64,000 nucleotides of DNA from Myxococcota bacterium. GTDB lineage: Bacteria; Myxococcota_A; Polyangia; Polyangiales; Houyiibacteriaceae. A program made the translations under genes and the position numbers. A model generated the notes under the pieces. It searched no databases and had not been told where the DNA came from. It saw only the letters and a list, made by a program, of their open reading frames with translations. Of the stretch, positions 48,648 to 57,955 are shown in pieces. The first letter of the stretch is position 1. The number at the start of each line of letters is the position of its first letter. The stretch is from contig JBCCEA010000002.1 in NCBI GenBank assembly GCA_039030515.1, positions 96,001 to 160,000 on the forward strand. Reading direction: 5' to 3'.

Positions 48648-50477
48648 ATGTGCGGCATCGTAGGCTACGTAGGCCCGGAAACGGCAGCCCCCATCCTACT
48701 CGATGGACTTCGTCGTCTCGAGTACCGCGGCTATGACTCAGCTGGGCTTTCCACCTTCGACGGCACACAACTGCAGTGCCTCAGAACTGTAGGCAAATTG
48801 CGCAATTTAGAGTCTGCACTTCGCGAGCACAATTTAGCCGGATCCATAGGCATCGGACACACGCGCTGGGCCACCCACGGTCGACCGAGCGAGGCCAACG
48901 CCCATCCGCACATTTCAGGCGGTGTCGCGGTGGTTCACAATGGCATCATCGAAAACTTCTTAGTGCTCAAAAAAGAGCTGGTCGAAGCTGGACGCTCCAT
49001 TCTCAGCGACACCGACACCGAAATCGTCGCCCATCTGATCGACCAAGAAGTTCAGATTAGCGGCTCTATCGAAGAAGCAGTGCGCAAAGCGATAGCTCGA
49101 GTCGAGGGTGCGTACGCCATTGCGGTCGTTCACAGCAAAGAACCAGATCGCATCATCGTTGCCAAAACATCCTCGCCGCTGGTGGTCGGCCTCGGTGAGG
49201 ACGCCAACTACTGCGGTAGCGATATTCCGGCACTGCTGCCCTACACAAAAGCGATGCTTTTCTTGGAAGACGGCGAGATGGCCGTACTGACTCAGGATGC
49301 CGTCACCCTGACCACACTCGCGGGAGCGCCGGTCAAACGTGAACCAAAGCACATCGACTGGTCTCCGGTCATGGCCGAAAAGAACGGCTACAAACACTTC
49401 ATGATCAAAGAGATCTTCGAGCAGCCGAGGGCTATCGAAGATACGCTGAGAGGTCGCCTTAACCGAGACGAGGGCGTGATTCACGATCACGAAATCGACC
49501 TGAGTTTAGAGGATCTCAAGTCGATCGATCGCGTCATCTTGCTTGCCTGCGGCACGAGTCACCATGCGGCTATGGTGGGCCGCTATCTGATAGAAGAGCT
49601 CGCCCAACTTCCCGCCGTCGTGGAGCTGGCCAGCGAATTTCGTGGACGATCCTCAGTGATCACGGACAAGGACCTGGTCGTCGCAGTAAGTCAGTCCGGA
49701 GAGACCCTGGATACCCTGGTCGCCGCAAAGCAAGCGAAAGACCGAGGTGCTCGAGTTGTTGCCATTGCAAACGTGATCGGTAGCGCCTTGCCGCGCCTTG
49801 CAAACGCCGCGTTTTACACGCACGCAGGCCCGGAAATCGGGGTTGCATCGACAAAGTGCTTTACCACCCAACTCGCCAACTTGGTCATGCTCTCGATCCA
49901 CCTTGGAACCACTCGAGGCTCCCTTGACGCGGAGCGGGCACGAACATTGGTCGAAGGTCTGGTTCGGTTGCCCCAACAAATGCAGTACGTACTGCACGGA
50001 ACCCGCCAGCTAGTAGCGAATCTGGCCCGTCGCTACAGCGAAGCGAGAGACGTCCTATTTCTCGGTCGTGGACTCAGCTTCCCCATCGCACTAGAGGGCG
50101 CTCTGAAGCTCAAAGAGATTTCTTACGTCCACGCCGAAGGTTACGCGGCCGGCGAGATGAAACACGGACCGATCGCTCTCATCGACTCGAGAGTGCCGGT
50201 GATCGTACTCCTACCGAGGGACGATCACTATGAGCGCTCACTCTCGAACCTGCAGGAAGCCAAGGCGAGGGAGGCGATCGTTATCGCGATCATGAGCGAG
50301 GGAGAAGATACCCAGGCCGCCTGCAGCGATGTCATAGAAATCCCCACGGTCGATCCGATCCTGACTCCCTTTCTCACCGTGCTCCCACTGCAGCTTTACG
50401 CCTACTACGTCGCAGACTTCAAGGGCACGGACGTCGACCAGCCTCGCAATCTCGCAAAAACGGTTACCGTCGAGTAG
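48648..50477 (+). CDS. glmS: Glutamine--fructose-6-phosphate transaminase
   Basis: MCGIVG, LEYRGYDSAG, GHTRWATHG, SQSGET, EGALKLKEISY, DQPRNLAKTVTVE. Confidence 0.99.
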   Translation: MCGIVGYVGPETAAPILLDGLRRLEYRGYDSAGLSTFDGTQLQCLRTVGKLRNLESALREHNLAGSIGIGHTRWATHGRPSEANAHPHISGGVAVVHNGIIENFLVLKKELVEAGRSILSDTDTEIVAHLIDQEVQISGSIEEAVRKAIARVEGAYAIAVVHSKEPDRIIVAKTSSPLVVGLGEDANYCGSDIPALLPYTKAMLFLEDGEMAVLTQDAVTLTTLAGAPVKREPKHIDWSPVMAEKNGYKHFMIKEIFEQPRAIEDTLRGRLNRDEGVIHDHEIDLSLEDLKSIDRVILLACGTSHHAAMVGRYLIEELAQLPAVVELASEFRGRSSVITDKDLVVAVSQSGETLDTLVAAKQAKDRGARVVAIANVIGSALPRLANAAFYTHAGPEIGVASTKCFTTQLANLVMLSIHLGTTRGSLDAERARTLVEGLVRLPQQMQYVLHGTRQLVANLARRYSEARDVLFLGRGLSFPIALEGALKLKEISYVHAEGYAAGEMKHGPIALIDSRVPVIVLLPRDDHYERSLSNLQEAKAREAIVIAIMSEGEDTQAACSDVIEIPTVDPILTPFLTVLPLQLYAYYVADFKGTDVDQPRNLAKTVTVE

Positions 50478-50586
50478 CCAGGCTTCGAAGCGGCCAACTT
50501 CGGTAGGGAACGTGAATCATTGCGGGCCACTAAAGCCTCTTTACCTTGTGCTGTTTCGTTCCAACTGGTAGCCCGCATCCCGTCAC

Positions 50587-51345
50587 GTGTTTGAGGAGCA
50601 CCGCATCTTCGTCGTCATGCCGGCCCACAACGAGGAGGAAATGCTCCGGGCCGCTGTCGCTCCCCTTCCAGCGTGGATCGACGGCGTCATTATCGTCGAC
50701 GATGCCAGCACCGATAAAACCTCCCAAGTCGCCGAGTCGCTTGCACATGGGGACCCTCGAATCCATCTAAGGCGTCACTCGACAAACCGGGGGGTCGGAG
50801 CTGCGGTGGCCACCGGATACAGAACTGCCTTTAGGCTGGGCGCTCAGATCGCGGTGGTGATGGCTGGCGATGCACAAATGGATCCAGATGATCTCCCCTC
50901 GCTGATTACGCCTATCACGAAGAACGAAGCAGACTACGTAAAAGGCAATCGCCTTGCTCATCCCCAAGCCCGAAAGCTCTTCCCGTCGGAGCGATGGCTC
51001 GCCAACCACGCGCTTTCGTGGCTCACGCGCAGGGCTACCGGGCTCCGGGTGAACGATTCTCAATGCGGTTACACGGCACTCTGTGAAAACGCCTATGGGA
51101 TGCTTCAGGCAGACACCCTTTGGCCTCGATACGGATATCCCAACGACATTCTTATCCGACTAGGGGCGGCCGAATGCCGTATTCGCGATGAAGTGGTGCG
51201 TCCCGTGTACGGCGAGGAACACAGCGAGATTAAGCTCACCGACGCCCTGATCGTGATCCCGATACTGCTGATGCGAGGCTGGATGCGACGGGTATTGCCC
51301 TTCTTGCCGAAGTCTGAACTTCCGACCCAGTCCGGTGCATCCTAG
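50587..51345 (+). CDS. Glycosyltransferase family 2
   Basis: VVMPAHNEE, VDDASTD, N.GVG.A..TG, GDAQMDP, DSQCGY. Confidence 0.93.
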   Translation: MFEEHRIFVVMPAHNEEEMLRAAVAPLPAWIDGVIIVDDASTDKTSQVAESLAHGDPRIHLRRHSTNRGVGAAVATGYRTAFRLGAQIAVVMAGDAQMDPDDLPSLITPITKNEADYVKGNRLAHPQARKLFPSERWLANHALSWLTRRATGLRVNDSQCGYTALCENAYGMLQADTLWPRYGYPNDILIRLGAAECRIRDEVVRPVYGEEHSEIKLTDALIVIPILLMRGWMRRVLPFLPKSELPTQSGAS

Positions 51346-51351
51346 GTCACG

Positions 51352-52557
51352 ATGCGCATCGGTATGCTGACCACGGGGTATCCCCGATTCGATGGCGACC
51401 ATTGCGGTTTCTTTGTGCGGACGATGGCCCGCGCTTTCACTACGCGAGGACACGAGGTGGACATACTGGCGCCCGCACCCGATCCTCGAGATGATAGACC
51501 AGAACAAAAGCCCGACGACCCTGGGATCTCGCTGCATCAAATCCCTTACATGCTGCCTCGATCGATGAGCCGCACCTTCTACCGAAATGGAGTACTCGAC
51601 AATTTAGCCGAAGACGCAAGGTCGTGGCCCGGTTTAACGACCTACCCCTGTGCACTGCTGAGACGCGCACATCGCTGCGTGCCTCAGTGGGACAGCATCG
51701 TGAGTCATTGGATGCTGCCGTCCGCGATCGTTGGAGGCCTGATAAGAGCGCAGCTTCCTCATCTCGCGATAGTTCATTCTGCGGATCTGCACCTTCTAAA
51801 ACACCTACCCTTGCGGCGACACCTCGCACGGTTTCTTGCGCACCGAGCGAGCTGCCTGAGTTTTGTCGCATCAAGTCAACACGACGAGTTTGCCGAACTG
51901 CTCGGTAGCCGCCGAAACGTCTTCAGAACGCTCGTTGCCCCCATGGGCATCGATCCTCGCCCGGACCCTGATTTGGTCGAACCTGAGCAGAGCTCAGATA
52001 GGTTCCGCATCGGGTTTCTCGGACGTCTGGTCGAAGTGAAAGGGGTGGATGTGCTCATCCGCGCAGTTGCGTTATTGAAGGCGGCGCATCCCGAACTGTC
52101 ACTCGAAGTCAAGATCGCTGGAGATGGCGATCAGTGCAAGGCTCTGCAAAGGCTCGCGCGTGCATTACATATTACTGCACGCTTTACAGGCCACCTGCAG
52201 GGCAAAGAAAAAGAAAGATTCTTCCAAAACTCAGATCTATTTTGTGCGCCATCACGAGTGCTTTCCTCAGGCCGTACTGAGGGAGTTCCCGTCGCCGTCC
52301 TAGAGGCGATGGCACACGGCCTCCCCATCGTTGCGAGCTCAGTCGGAGGAATCAGCGACGTAGTTCGATCTCCCTGGGGAACATGTATCCCTCCGGGAAA
52401 CCCGAGCAAGTTGGCCAGGGCGATCCGGCATATGATGCATCACCGCAACCAGCTACGGTCCTGGGGCCGTATGGCGTATGCGGCAGCCAAAGAGCATTTT
52501 TGGCCAAACCGGATTCAAACCTTCGAACAAGCCCTCCAACCCGAAGCTCAGACTTAG
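51352..52557 (+). CDS. Glycosyltransferase family 4
   Basis: MRIGMLTT.YPR, GRLVEVKG, EG.PV..LEAMA.G.P.VAS.VGG. Confidence 0.94.
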   Translation: MRIGMLTTGYPRFDGDHCGFFVRTMARAFTTRGHEVDILAPAPDPRDDRPEQKPDDPGISLHQIPYMLPRSMSRTFYRNGVLDNLAEDARSWPGLTTYPCALLRRAHRCVPQWDSIVSHWMLPSAIVGGLIRAQLPHLAIVHSADLHLLKHLPLRRHLARFLAHRASCLSFVASSQHDEFAELLGSRRNVFRTLVAPMGIDPRPDPDLVEPEQSSDRFRIGFLGRLVEVKGVDVLIRAVALLKAAHPELSLEVKIAGDGDQCKALQRLARALHITARFTGHLQGKEKERFFQNSDLFCAPSRVLSSGRTEGVPVAVLEAMAHGLPIVASSVGGISDVVRSPWGTCIPPGNPSKLARAIRHMMHHRNQLRSWGRMAYAAAKEHFWPNRIQTFEQALQPEAQT

Positions 52558-52589
52558 TTCGGCCACTTCAAGCTCCGAGCACCTCCGGA

Positions 52590-53069
52590 AAGCGGCTGTT
52601 TGGGCCGACTCAGCGACCACACTCCAGCGGGCCTAGGTTGGTTCAAACAGCCAGCGCCCACGAAGCGCAGGAGTGAAGGCGTACTTCGAGTACGTTGAGG
52701 GACGAGCATCGAAGGCGGATAAACAGGCCGGCTACCCCAGACCTCGGTCCTTCGTTCTGACACATCTCCGACATCGAAGGCGGCAAGCGGCTGTTTGGGC
52801 CGACTCAGCGACCACACTCCAGCGGGCCTAGGTTGGTTCAAACAGCCAGCGCCCCCGTGGCGAGGAGGAGGAGGGTACTCATTGGTACCTGACGACGACG
52901 AGCAACGTGGCAAGCGGCTGTTTGGGCCGACATACGCGTACCCAGCGGGTCTAGGTTGGTTCAAACAGCCAGCGCCCCCGCAGTGAGGAGGAGGAGGGTA
53001 CTCATTGGTACCTGACGACGACGAGCAACGTGGCAAGCGGCTGTTTGGGCCGACCTAGGCCCGCTGGAG
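52590..53069 (+). mobile_element. Tandem array of ~108-bp palindromic MITE/REP-like elements (3 units plus an extra right arm)
   Basis: Left arm CTAGGTTGGTTCAAACAGCC at 52633/52828/52951; right arm AAGCGGCTGTTTGGGCCGAC at 52590/52785/52912/53035; central GTAC-n-GTAC hairpin; complete unit 52951-53058 bounded by CTAG. Confidence 0.8.
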
Positions 53070-55970
53070 CAGGAAGCGGCCCGTATGACTCCCTGCCACA
53101 CCAACAACCTCTTCAGGCGTGCCGCTCGCCACCAGCGTTCCGCCGCCTTTGCCCCCTTCTGGACCGAGATCGATCACCCAGTCGGTGGCCTGAATGACGT
53201 CGAGATTGTGTTCGACCACCAGCACGGTGTTGCCTAGGTCGACCAGGCGCTGAAGCACCGAGAGAAGCTTTCGGATGTCTTCGAAGTGCAGTCCGGTAGT
53301 CGGTTCGTCGAGCACGTAGAGTGTGCGACCTGTTTGCGCTTTGGCTAGCTCTCGACTCAGCTTGACTCGCTGCGCCTCTCCCCCGCTCATCGTGGGCGCA
53401 GGCTGTCCGATCTTCATGTAGCCGAGCCCCACATCCTGCAGCGTTTGAAGAATCCGGCTCAGCTTTGGATAGGAGGCGAAGAGCTCTCGGCATTCATCGA
53501 CCGAACGGTTCAGGATGTCTGCAATAGAATCGCCGCGGTACCGCACGTTGAGGGTTTGTGCGTTGTAGCGGAGTCCGCCGCAGACCTCGCACGGCACGTA
53601 GACATCGGCCAGAAAATGCATCTCAACGCGAACGGTGCCGTCACCCTGGCAGGCTTCGCAGCGCCCTCCTTTGACATTGAAACTAAAGCGCCCCGCCGAC
53701 CAGCCGAGCTCCCGTGACTCCGGAAGCTGGGCGAAGATCTGACGAATCTCGTCAAACGCTTTGGTGTAGGTGCCTGGATTGCTGCGGGGCGTTCGACCGA
53801 TCGGGCGCTGATCGATCGCGATGACTTTGTCGAGATGCTTGAGGCCGGTGAGTTTTTTGTGCGCGCCCACCGGGTCCGTACCGCCATGAAGCTTGCGGGC
53901 TAGGGCCGGCAAAAGGATCCCGTGCACGAGCGAGCTCTTCCCTGCGCCGCTGACCCCACTCACGCAGACAAATACGCCGAGGGGGATCTCGACATCGATG
54001 CCCTTGAGATTGTTGGCGCGAGCGCCGTGGATCTTTAGCTTTTTGGAAAACGTCCGACGCTGACGCGGGGTCTCGATGCGTCGCCGCCCGGATAAATATT
54101 GACCGGTCAGGCCTTTGGAGCGCAAAAGCGACTTTGGCGTGCCGCTGAACACGACCTGCCCCCCGAGACGGCCGGCACCGGGTCCAAAATCGACGACGTG
54201 ATCGGCCGCGCGAATCGTCTCTTCGTCATGCTCGACGACGATCACCGTATTGCCGAGGTCGCGAAGTCCGAAAAGCGTCTCGATGAGTCGCTGATTGTCC
54301 CGCTGATGTAGCCCGATACTCGGCTCGTCGAGAACGTACATCACTCCGGAAAGCTCACTGCCCAACTGACTGGCGAGTCGGATGCGTTGCGCTTCGCCCC
54401 CGCTCAAGGTGGGACCGGCTCGATCGAGGGTCAGATACTCAAGCCCCACGTCGAGCAAGAAGCGAAGGCGTCCGCTTATCTCGCGGAGCACTCCCTCCGC
54501 GATGCGCGCTTGATTTTCAGAGAGCTCAAGCTGCTGCACGTGCGCATAGGCTTCGGCAACCGTCATCGCGGTGACTTCAGCGATACTCCGCCCCTCGATA
54601 CGCACGCTCAAATGCTCGGGCCTGAGTCTTTTTCCGCCGCAGGCTTCGCACGGTGCATCGACCAAATAGCGGCGGTAGTGTTCACGCATCCGCGTCGAAG
54701 ACGTTTCTTGATAGCGGCGCATCAGGAGATTGAGCACGCCTTCAAACCGAACGCCGAAGGTGCCGTTGCTGCCGGTTTGGGAATCTCCCCAGGTCACCTG
54801 CAAACGCTCGCCGTCGATCCCGTAGAGCACCTGATTCTGGTGCTTCTTGGAGAGCTGGCCAAAAGGAGTGTCTAGATCGACACCAGTCGCTTCGCTCATC
54901 GCCTGGATGATCCGAAACTGCCAGCCTTCCCCCCGCTCCATCGCCGAAGCCCACGGCTTGATGGCACCGTCACGAATCGAGAGCGACCGATCTGGGATCA
55001 CGAGCTCCGGATCTACCGTGGTCACCCGACCAAGCCCGTTGCAGCTCAGGCACATCCCGAGTGGACTGTTGAAGGAAAAGCTCTGCGGGCTCAGCTCCGC
55101 AAAGGCATGACCGCAACACGTTCTCGATTCGCTAAAAGAGCGCGGAGGACCCGACTCCGGCACCACGGTGACCTCGCCCCCGGACTCTCGAAGGGCGAGC
55201 TCGACGCTCTCGGTTAGACGCCGGCGGTTTTCGGGCGAACACGTCACGCGATCGACGACGAGCTCGACGGTGTGTTTGCGTTTCTTGTCGAGGGCAGGAA
55301 CGTCTTCGAGTCGCAGGAGCGCTCCGTCGACGCGAACCCGCGTAAAACCTCGAGCCGCCAGATTCTGAAAGATTTCTCGAAACTCGCCTTTGCGATGCAC
55401 GATAAGAGGTGCCAACACCAAAACTGTCGTGCTTTGCTCAGATTGCTGGATATCAGAGACGATTTCGGGCGCGGTACGCCCTTGGACGAGACTTCCGCAG
55501 TGGTGGCAAAACTGCTGTCCAGCGCGCGCATAGAGCACCCGCAGGTAGTCGTAGATTTCGGTGATCGTGCCTACCGTCGAGCGGGGATTGCCGGAAGCCG
55601 CCTTTTGCTCGATGGCGATGGTGGGCGAAAGTCCTCGAATGTGTTCCACCTCCGGTCGGTCGAGGCGCCCCAAGAACTGCCGCGCATAGGCACTCAGGCT
55701 CTCGACGTAGCGCCGCTGTCCCTCGGCATACAGGGTATCGAAAGCGAGGCTCGATTTGCCGGAACCGCTGACCCCGGTAAACACGATCAAAGACTGCTTC
55801 GGCAGGGTTAGGGCGGGGACTTGGAGGTTGTGCTCCTGGGCGCCGATGATTTCGATCTGGCGGAGGTCTCGGGATCGGGATGAGTTTTGAACGTGGCGGT
55901 CTCGATGCGCCGCAGCCTTTGCGTTTTGACGGGCGTCACCATTAGCGCCCTTTGCTCGCTTGCTCGCCAT
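53055..55970 (-). CDS. uvrA: Excinuclease ABC subunit A
   Basis: GVSGSGKSSLAFDTLYAEGQRRYVESLS, LSGGEAQRIRLA, IGRTPRSNP, DEPTTGLH. Confidence 0.99.
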   Translation of the reverse strand: MASKRAKGANGDARQNAKAAAHRDRHVQNSSRSRDLRQIEIIGAQEHNLQVPALTLPKQSLIVFTGVSGSGKSSLAFDTLYAEGQRRYVESLSAYARQFLGRLDRPEVEHIRGLSPTIAIEQKAASGNPRSTVGTITEIYDYLRVLYARAGQQFCHHCGSLVQGRTAPEIVSDIQQSEQSTTVLVLAPLIVHRKGEFREIFQNLAARGFTRVRVDGALLRLEDVPALDKKRKHTVELVVDRVTCSPENRRRLTESVELALRESGGEVTVVPESGPPRSFSESRTCCGHAFAELSPQSFSFNSPLGMCLSCNGLGRVTTVDPELVIPDRSLSIRDGAIKPWASAMERGEGWQFRIIQAMSEATGVDLDTPFGQLSKKHQNQVLYGIDGERLQVTWGDSQTGSNGTFGVRFEGVLNLLMRRYQETSSTRMREHYRRYLVDAPCEACGGKRLRPEHLSVRIEGRSIAEVTAMTVAEAYAHVQQLELSENQARIAEGVLREISGRLRFLLDVGLEYLTLDRAGPTLSGGEAQRIRLASQLGSELSGVMYVLDEPSIGLHQRDNQRLIETLFGLRDLGNTVIVVEHDEETIRAADHVVDFGPGAGRLGGQVVFSGTPKSLLRSKGLTGQYLSGRRRIETPRQRRTFSKKLKIHGARANNLKGIDVEIPLGVFVCVSGVSGAGKSSLVHGILLPALARKLHGGTDPVGAHKKLTGLKHLDKVIAIDQRPIGRTPRSNPGTYTKAFDEIRQIFAQLPESRELGWSAGRFSFNVKGGRCEACQGDGTVRVEMHFLADVYVPCEVCGGLRYNAQTLNVRYRGDSIADILNRSVDECRELFASYPKLSRILQTLQDVGLGYMKIGQPAPTMSGGEAQRVKLSRELAKAQTGRTLYVLDEPTTGLHFEDIRKLLSVLQRLVDLGNTVLVVEHNLDVIQATDWVIDLGPEGGKGGGTLVASGTPEEVVGVAGSHTGRFLLQRA

Positions 55971-55979
55971 CTGAAGACG

Positions 55980-56462
55980 TTATTGAGCGTTGACCGCGGC
56001 ACAAAAACCACGCCCTTCAACCCGATTTTCGCGCATGACGGCGATGGGCACGCCGCCGTCCGCGGTGACCAGGGAACCATCGCCGGTGACTCCGAAGTAC
56101 ACGCCGCCCTCCTGCAGCAACAGGCGCGGTTCGTCTTGGTTGTCGGAATCCAAGCAGGCGTATCCGGCACCGCTGCGGCATCCTCCATTGTTGCGGCATG
56201 ACTTCATGCAGTAGGTTTGCGAAAGGCGTTCGGGCTCTGGACGCCACTCCACGCAAATGCTGCTTCCCGGACAGGTACCCGGATCGCATCCGATCACCGT
56301 GCAGTAACCTCCGGGCTGCGCCGTATCGCACACTCGGGTGCCCTCTACCGAGCAGTCCGTCGAATTCGAGCAGCTATCGCCGATCGATGGCGAGCAAGCG
56401 AGACAGAGTACGCCCATCAGAGGGGCCACGAATACGCACATGTACGCACGAGCTGGAGGCAT
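55980..56462 (-). CDS. Cys-rich lipoprotein (myxobacterial type)
   Basis: Lipobox-like CLAC, IGDSC...TDC, PGGYCT..GC, CMKSC..C; many Cys. Confidence 0.75.
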   Translation of the reverse strand: MPPARAYMCVFVAPLMGVLCLACSPSIGDSCSNSTDCSVEGTRVCDTAQPGGYCTVIGCDPGTCPGSSICVEWRPEPERLSQTYCMKSCRNNGGCRSGAGYACLDSDNQDEPRLLLQEGGVYFGVTGDGSLVTADGGVPIAVMRENRVEGRGFCAAVNAQ

Positions 56463-56536
56463 GGGGCGCGGAACATAGCAGGCCCATCAACCCGCCGCCG
56501 TGAAGAACGCAGCATCCAAGTTGAACCTCTCTCCCC

Positions 56537-56745
56537 CGGCAACGCCGTACCCGCGGCGAACCGTACCCGGTAGGGTGGGCGAACTCCCGCGACGAAACGT
56601 ACCCAGTACGGGTTGTCCTGGACTCGATCTGGACTCTGACTCGGCAACGCCGTACCCAGTACGGTTTGTCCTGGACTCGATCTGGACTTCGCCAGGACTG
56701 ACCGGCAACGCCGTACCCGATCTGGTCTTGGACTGGTCTTGGACT
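56537..56745. repeat. Composite direct-repeat cluster with GTAC hairpins
   Basis: CGGCAACGCCGTACCC x3 (56537, 56642, 56703); 38-bp CGTACCCAGTACGG(G/T)TTGTCCTGGACTCGATCTGGACT x2 (56598, 56651); CTGGTCTTGGA x2. Confidence 0.85.
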
Positions 56746-57821
56746 CAAGCGGGCCGGTTGGGCGGTGCATGGTCTCGGAGACGACGACATAGGGCAGATC
56801 CCGTTCGTCGCAGGCCGAAACTCCCTCCGACATCCCTAGTGCACTCGCCACTCTGAACCGCATGCCGAATCGCTTGCTGCAGCCTCAGCTCTTCTTCCGG
56901 GTAACCGAGATGCGCGAGCAGCATCCCCACCGCCAGGACCGTGGCGAAGGGGTTGGCTACATCTTGATTCGCCAGCGGAGGCGCACTCCCGTGGACCGGC
57001 TCGCACATCGCGATGCCGCCGGGCCGGATGTTGGCGCTGGCGGCCATGCCCAAGCCTCCCTGAAGGGCCGCTCCGAGGTCGGTGAGAATGTCACCGAATA
57101 GATTGCAGGTCACGACCACGTCAAACTGCGACGGGTCCTGTACCAGATGAAAGCACATCGCATCGACGAAAAGATGCTCCGCCTCGACTTCGGGGTAATC
57201 GAGCCGCACCTCGTGAAATACCCGCAACCAGAGTTCATGTGCGTGCTGCATGGCGTTGTGCTTGTCGACCATGTGCAAGCGGCGACCTCGATCATCGCGG
57301 GCGTACGTAAATGCTGCCCGCAGGATTCGCTCGACTCCCTTGCGGGTGTTGATGTCTTCGCTGATCGCGATCTCGTCCGGGGTCCCACGTTTGAACTGTC
57401 CACCCACCCCGACGTAGATCCCCTCCGTGTTCTCTCGAAAGACAACCAAATCACAGTCTGAGGCGGCCCGACCCCGAAGGGGCATCAGGGAATCATCCAA
57501 ACAGTGAACCGGTCGGATATTGCAGTACAGATCGAGCCCGAACCGCAATCCAAAGAGAATATCGCGGGCATGACGCATGTCGGGAACACGGGGATCGCCG
57601 AGCGCTCCCAGCAAGATACCGTCGCAGGTCTGGATCTCGGCAGCGATCTCCTCAGGAAAGGTGGTGCCATCGCGCAGATACCGCTCTGCACCCAAATCGA
57701 GCTCGATGAGCTCGAGCGGAATTGCCCGCTGCTCCGCCACCAGGCGCAAGACCTCGAGACCCACGGAGATCACCTCCGGACCGATGCCGTCTCCACCGAG
57801 CACTGCGATTCGCTTTGTCAC
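56745..57821 (-). CDS. leuB: 3-isopropylmalate dehydrogenase (isocitrate/IPM dehydrogenase family)
   Basis: GDGIGPEV, LRF.LDLY.NIRP, RENTEG.Y, NLFGDILTDL, EPVHGSAP, ANP. Substrate specificity not certain. Confidence 0.8.
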   Translation of the reverse strand: MTKRIAVLGGDGIGPEVISVGLEVLRLVAEQRAIPLELIELDLGAERYLRDGTTFPEEIAAEIQTCDGILLGALGDPRVPDMRHARDILFGLRFGLDLYCNIRPVHCLDDSLMPLRGRAASDCDLVVFRENTEGIYVGVGGQFKRGTPDEIAISEDINTRKGVERILRAAFTYARDDRGRRLHMVDKHNAMQHAHELWLRVFHEVRLDYPEVEAEHLFVDAMCFHLVQDPSQFDVVVTCNLFGDILTDLGAALQGGLGMAASANIRPGGIAMCEPVHGSAPPLANQDVANPFATVLAVGMLLAHLGYPEEELRLQQAIRHAVQSGECTRDVGGSFGLRRTGSALCRRLRDHAPPNRPA

Positions 57822-57955
57822 CGCAGGACGCTAACACCAGCTGGCGAAAGAGCCCGAATAAGCCAGCATTCTGACCGGATAGGCATGTCCATCCTTGACA
57901 CAGCCGCCGATGCAGGTGAGCTTCAAAGAATGGTCGTGAGGCGCCAGCCGGGCCC

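Noticed and set aside
52554..53036. 160-aa minus-strand ORF (and 52795-52986 +)
   Set aside because: Made entirely of repeat-element sequence; no RBS or protein motif.
52590..53069. CRISPR array
   Set aside because: Intervening segments are repeated or related rather than unique spacers, units are long palindromes, and no cas genes are present.
56417..56863. ORFs over the leuB/lipoprotein gap
   Set aside because: Derived from the repeat cluster and overlapping real genes.
57895..57923. Sigma70 promoter for PP2C
   Set aside because: Perfect TTGACA but a weak -10 (GAGCTT); not enough to call.
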